A stretch of DNA of 64,000 nucleotides, taken from positions 1-64,000 of the forward strand of contig JBHIAC010000005.1 of NCBI GenBank assembly GCA_046758365.1, in the 5' to 3' direction. This DNA is from a bacterium. Its GTDB lineage: Bacteria > Zhuqueibacterota > Zhuqueibacteria > Oceanimicrobiales > Oceanimicrobiaceae. This document shows, in pieces, positions 60,071 to 64,000 of the stretch. Position numbers and translations under genes: made by a program. The notes below the pieces were generated by a model that did no database searches, was not told where the DNA came from, and saw only the letters and a program-made list of their open reading frames with translations. The first letter of the stretch is position 1; each line of letters begins with the position of its first letter.

Positions 60071-61183
60071 TTATCGCTGGCCATTTGGGGCAATCGCAAG
60101 ATCTTTGCCTGCAATGTTCTCCCAGGAATAAAACTGAAAAGTTCTATCATCTGACATGGCTACAAATAAGCCAACAGGAAAGGTATCATTCAAGATCGCA
60201 TTCGTTACCTCCGAACCATCGCTGTTGTTTGCTAAGACTTTTACTATTTTCACAAGTTGATGATTGTGAGGATCATCAGGTTCTCCCCCCCTTCTAAAAA
60301 TGTGCAACTCATTGGCGCTCTGATCGGACACAATAATGTAGCCCGTTCCATCGTTTATAGCATAAATGGAGATGCCTTCTTGATCTTCTTCAAAACCCTC
60401 CGTAGCAAACAAGGCTAATTCCGAATTCGCATCTTTCACGTCGGGATCAGCATAATATTTTCTGATACCGAGTCCCTCATCGGAATAGTAAACATATCCA
60501 AGCGCATCATCAACCGCAATAGCCTCGATCTCCTTCTTGCCGCTCCAGATACCGAATTCACGCACTTTTGTGCCCATGACTTTACCGGTTCCATCATCTT
60601 CCAAACGATACTCCCATAAATAAGAGCCATCTTTGGGGCCCTCTTTTCTCCCTACCACTGCAAATATTACGCTATCTGATCCTCTTTTATAAAGCGATAT
60701 GCCCATAGGCGCTCGCTGTGATTCCCCCGCGAAAACTTCAATGCCTCCCTTATCAATTTCAATCATGTCCGGTAAGCTAAATACTCTAATTTTATTCGCT
60801 AATCTTTCTGTTGTCACTGCAATGTCCGTGGGAACTCCATTCAGTACAAGACCATATTCGACATCCACATTATTAGGGCGTTTAAGATCGTGGACAGTTT
60901 TCTCTTCTATGATCTTACCATCCAGATCAAAAACATACAAAGCCCCATCTGCGTTTTTGTCCGTACCAATGATCAAGCTCTTGGAGGGATCAGTAGGATG
61001 CAACCATATAGCAGGATCATCGGTATCGTGTTTTACAGGTTCGCTAATAACAAGTGGAGCCACGAGGTCTCCCTGGTCTTCATCTGTTGAGTTCCCATTT
61101 GAACAATTAGAGAATAGAAAGGGAACAATAATAAATAAGATAAGAATCAATAGCATCATTTTCCAAAAGTAGAATTTATCCAT
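60071..61183 (-). CDS. phy: beta-propeller phytase (3-phytase), lipoprotein
   Basis: FSNC lipobox; DDPAIW, IGTDK, NNVDVEY, EIEAIAVDD, YYSDE, EGISIY, VSDQ, SDG..V, FP.GLFVA. Confidence 0.88.
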   Translation of the reverse strand: MDKFYFWKMMLLILILFIIVPFLFSNCSNGNSTDEDQGDLVAPLVISEPVKHDTDDPAIWLHPTDPSKSLIIGTDKNADGALYVFDLDGKIIEEKTVHDLKRPNNVDVEYGLVLNGVPTDIAVTTERLANKIRVFSLPDMIEIDKGGIEVFAGESQRAPMGISLYKRGSDSVIFAVVGRKEGPKDGSYLWEYRLEDDGTGKVMGTKVREFGIWSGKKEIEAIAVDDALGYVYYSDEGLGIRKYYADPDVKDANSELALFATEGFEEDQEGISIYAINDGTGYIIVSDQSANELHIFRRGGEPDDPHNHQLVKIVKVLANNSDGSEVTNAILNDTFPVGLFVAMSDDRTFQFYSWENIAGKDLAIAPNGQR

Positions 61184-61202
61184 TTGCAGGTTCCCTCCAC
61201 GT

Positions 61203-62543
61203 TTATGACAGTAAGATGATACTAATTATCCAGACAATTGTGGCCGCTGTTACCCCTTCAGCGAGGGTTCCTAACGTTTGCAGTTTGTATCCAGTTTTAA
61301 CATCCATATTTGAGAATTGAGAGACGACCCAGAAATAACTGTCGTTGGCATGAGAAACAACCATAGACCCTGCACCTATTGCGATCGTCGTGAGTGATTT
61401 ACTTATTGTTGAATCGAAGCCAAGTGAAACCATCAAAGGCGCCATTAGAGAAGCCGTGGTTATTATAGCCACAGTCGAAGAGCCCTGTGCCGATTTAATA
61501 GCTGCAGCAATTAAGAAAGGAAGCCACATGCCTAAATTTGCATTTGCAATATTCTCGCCTAATATTTTGGCGATGCCTGAATTCTGAAGGATTTTACCAA
61601 AAGCACCTCCAGCCCCGGTAATTAAGATTATGATCGCTGCTTTATTTAGTGCGTCGCCTACCCAACCAGAAGAGGAAAGCATTTTTTTATCAAATTTCTT
61701 TGGTAGCGTAAAAGCGATTAATACCCCAATCAAAAGGGCAATAACAGGATGTCCGATAAAAGCGAACAACTGACTCAGTAACCCATCACCTAATGGCTTT
61801 GTAGGAAAGTCGGCAATTGATTTTAGTACGATCAAGAAAATTGGCAGAACAATAGGGATAAATGCTTTAAATACCGCTGGTGCATATTCCATTTTCTCCT
61901 GAATTTCTCTTTCTGAAAATTCAGGTTCGGGATCGATATAAATTTTTGATGCAAATTTTACAGCAAACAGCCAGCCCACTATTAAGGCTGGAACAGAAAC
62001 GATTATCCCCAGGAGAATCACCTGTCCAATATCGGCTTTCAAAATGCCTGCAGCAGCAATGGGACCGGGTGTGGGCGGAACCATCGTATGGGTGGCATAT
62101 AGTCCTAGGCTAAGGGCAATCGCGCTTACAGCGAGGGAAATTCCAGCACTTTTTGAAAGGGCCTTGTTCAATGGAGACAGAATCACAAAGCCGGAATCGC
62201 AAAATACAGGTATCGATACGATGTATCCTGTAATAGCCATAGCAAAAGGTACATTCCTTTTACCAGTAACCTTTAAAATACTATTGGCCATAGTAAATGC
62301 ACCCCCGGACTTTTCAAGAAATGTCCCTATGATGGTACCTGCCACGATGACGATACCAATGTATCCAATGGTAGCACCAAAACCGTCTGAAATGGAGATA
62401 ACAATATTGCTGAGAGGCATACCAGAAAAAAGCCCAAATCCAAGGGCAGCTAAAAGGAGAGAAATGAATGGATGGAGCTTAAACTTTGTTGTCGATAAGA
62501 CAATGAACAGGACCGCGAGAAGAAGTAATACAATTAATCGCAT
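61203..62543 (-). CDS. GntP family permease
   Basis: KLHPFISL, IPVFCDSGFV, VPPTPGP, AQGSSTVA, SHANDS.FW. Confidence 0.92.
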   Translation of the reverse strand: MRLIVLLLLAVLFIVLSTTKFKLHPFISLLLAALGFGLFSGMPLSNIVISISDGFGATIGYIGIVIVAGTIIGTFLEKSGGAFTMANSILKVTGKRNVPFAMAITGYIVSIPVFCDSGFVILSPLNKALSKSAGISLAVSAIALSLGLYATHTMVPPTPGPIAAAGILKADIGQVILLGIIVSVPALIVGWLFAVKFASKIYIDPEPEFSEREIQEKMEYAPAVFKAFIPIVLPIFLIVLKSIADFPTKPLGDGLLSQLFAFIGHPVIALLIGVLIAFTLPKKFDKKMLSSSGWVGDALNKAAIIILITGAGGAFGKILQNSGIAKILGENIANANLGMWLPFLIAAAIKSAQGSSTVAIITTASLMAPLMVSLGFDSTISKSLTTIAIGAGSMVVSHANDSYFWVVSQFSNMDVKTGYKLQTLGTLAEGVTAATIVWIISIILLS

Positions 62544-63439
62544 AAGGCTATTTCTTCAATCAATTCATTTTCAACTACTGGCGTCGCACCAGCCTTCGAA
62601 ACTACATACGCCCCTAAGCGGTTAGCCACTTCGTTGATTATTTTTAAATTCGAACCCCGCAGGCAATGGTGGGCTACAGCAGCGGTAAACGCATCTCCTG
62701 CGCCAACCGTATCCTGCACTTTTACTTCAATACCAGGATATTCATCGACTTCTGATTTGCTCACTAGGAGACTTCCACAAGCCCCCCTTGTGATGCATAC
62801 TAATGATAAATCAAAGATTCGAATTAATTGTTGTGCAAGATCTGCCTCCTGATCTTTCTTGAGGTGCAAGATTTTCACTAATGTCCACAATTCCTTTTCA
62901 CTGAGCTTGACAACTTGCGATAATGCCAAAGATTCAAGTAACACCTCCGCTGAATAATATAGCTGCCTTAAATTTACATCAAAGACCCGTAACGCATTTT
63001 CCCGCGTATTCTTGAGAAATCTACGAATGGTTTGTGAGGATTGTCTGGATCTTTGTCCCAAGGTTCCAAAGCAAACCACATCGGTTTTATTGGCTAATTG
63101 TTCAAGGTATAAATTCCACTCAAGAAAATCCCAGGCAACATTTTTCTTAATCGAATAATCAGGCTGACCTGCTGAAGTAAATGTTACGTTAACTACTCCA
63201 GTAGGATACTTGGTGTCTATCTGCAAGTATTCTGGGGTCAGCCCCAAATCCTGCATTTTTGCACGAAGTTCATTTCCCAAATTGTCATCACCAATTCGAC
63301 TTACCACAATGCCATGGTTTCCCAACACATTGGCAAAGTAAGTAAAATTTGCCGGAGCACCTCCAAGGCGCTTATCATTAGGGAATAAGTCCCATAAAAT
63401 TTCACCAATTCCTACAAAAGTGTAAGGGGTTGTTTTCAT
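62534..63439 (-). CDS. PfkB family carbohydrate kinase (fructokinase-like)
   Basis: GEILWD, GGAPANF, FDVNLR, DTVGAGDAF. Confidence 0.92.
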   Translation of the reverse strand: MKTTPYTFVGIGEILWDLFPNDKRLGGAPANFTYFANVLGNHGIVVSRIGDDNLGNELRAKMQDLGLTPEYLQIDTKYPTGVVNVTFTSAGQPDYSIKKNVAWDFLEWNLYLEQLANKTDVVCFGTLGQRSRQSSQTIRRFLKNTRENALRVFDVNLRQLYYSAEVLLESLALSQVVKLSEKELWTLVKILHLKKDQEADLAQQLIRIFDLSLVCITRGACGSLLVSKSEVDEYPGIEVKVQDTVGAGDAFTAAVAHHCLRGSNLKIINEVANRLGAYVVSKAGATPVVENELIEEIALCD

Positions 63440-63487
63440 TTTTAATTTTACTTAGCAAATTTCGATCAGGACCAAGATTTCTACCCC

Positions 63488-64000
63488 CTAAATTTTAATT
63501 TGTATCTTAAGCAAAACTGGATTTTTGGGTTTAGCTAGGAATATTGGTAACTCCTCAAGTTCAATGGTTTTACTGATCAATGCTAGGACATTAATGCGTT
63601 TTTCTTTTAGCCAGTTTAGCGCTTGTATGAAAGTTTGATTAATTGCCATCGAGCCAATAAAGGTCCAATCCTTATGATAAAGCTCGAAAGGATTAATTTT
63701 CACTTCGGTATTTTTAGGGGCTACACCGAACTGCAAGTATTTGCCTGTCGGTCCCAAATAATTAAAGGCTTGCTGAATGACACTGGCAATCCCCGTGGCA
63801 TCAACCACTACATCAAAGCCATAGGGATAATTATTCTTACCTAATTCGTGTTCAACATCTTTACTCAAAACTACTTTGGTGGCTCCAAATTTTTTAGCTA
63901 AGGAGAGTTTTGCTTCTGAAATGTCCACTACTACCAACTCAGAGGCCCCGGCGCGTGCGATGGCTTGAATGAGCTGTTGGCCAATACTGCCAGCACCAAA
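63488..64000 (-). CDS. zinc-dependent dehydrogenase, C-terminal part (5' end outside window)
   Basis: Frame is open to the window edge and reads FGAGSIGQQLIQAIARAGASELVVVD..., DVVVDATG, QFGV. Confidence 0.85.
   Translation of the reverse strand, partial: FGAGSIGQQLIQAIARAGASELVVVDISEAKLSLAKKFGATKVVLSKDVEHELGKNNYPYGFDVVVDATGIASVIQQAFNYLGPTGKYLQFGVAPKNTEVKINPFELYHKDWTFIGSMAINQTFIQALNWLKEKRINVLALISKTIELEELPIFLAKPKNPVLLKIQIKI

Noticed and set aside
63488..63937. 149-aa dehydrogenase as a pseudogene
   Set aside because: The frame stays open to position 64000, so it is cut by the window edge.

Overview
AT-rich bacterial chromosomal window. Gene order and protein style suggest an FCB-related lineage such as KSB1/Calditrichota (inference only). 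Bases 1-26.9 kb are mostly housekeeping: mltG, pcrA/uvrD, TPR proteins, tRNA-Arg(CCT), rimP-nusA-infB-DUF503-rbfA-truB-ribF-rpsO-pnp, an M16 peptidase, ald, merR-tRNA-Pro(GGG), a GT2, YqaA/DedA and tRNA-Pro(CGG). From 27.3 kb to the window end lies a >36 kb accessory region for inositol, uronate and phosphoester use. It holds a Thermotoga-type myo-inositol pathway (iolG-iolM-iolN-iolO). The same gene run carries a LarA-family epimerase, a HAD hydrolase, a GalU-like uridylyltransferase, a plant-type glucuronokinase homologue and a uronate isomerase-like enzyme. This suggests an oxygenase-independent route from inositol to a UDP-uronic acid, which is the best candidate for an undescribed system here. 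The region also has two sugar ABC systems, a ugpBAE-like transporter followed by sn-glycerol-1-phosphate dehydrogenase, and a duplicated sodium:solute symporter with three small coupled membrane ORFs (two missing from the ORF track). A GDPD, a PafA-type phosphatase and a beta-propeller phytase follow. Two small MITE/REP-like elements are present. No CRISPR, rRNA, integrase or transposase was seen. All family calls come from motif recognition, not database searches.
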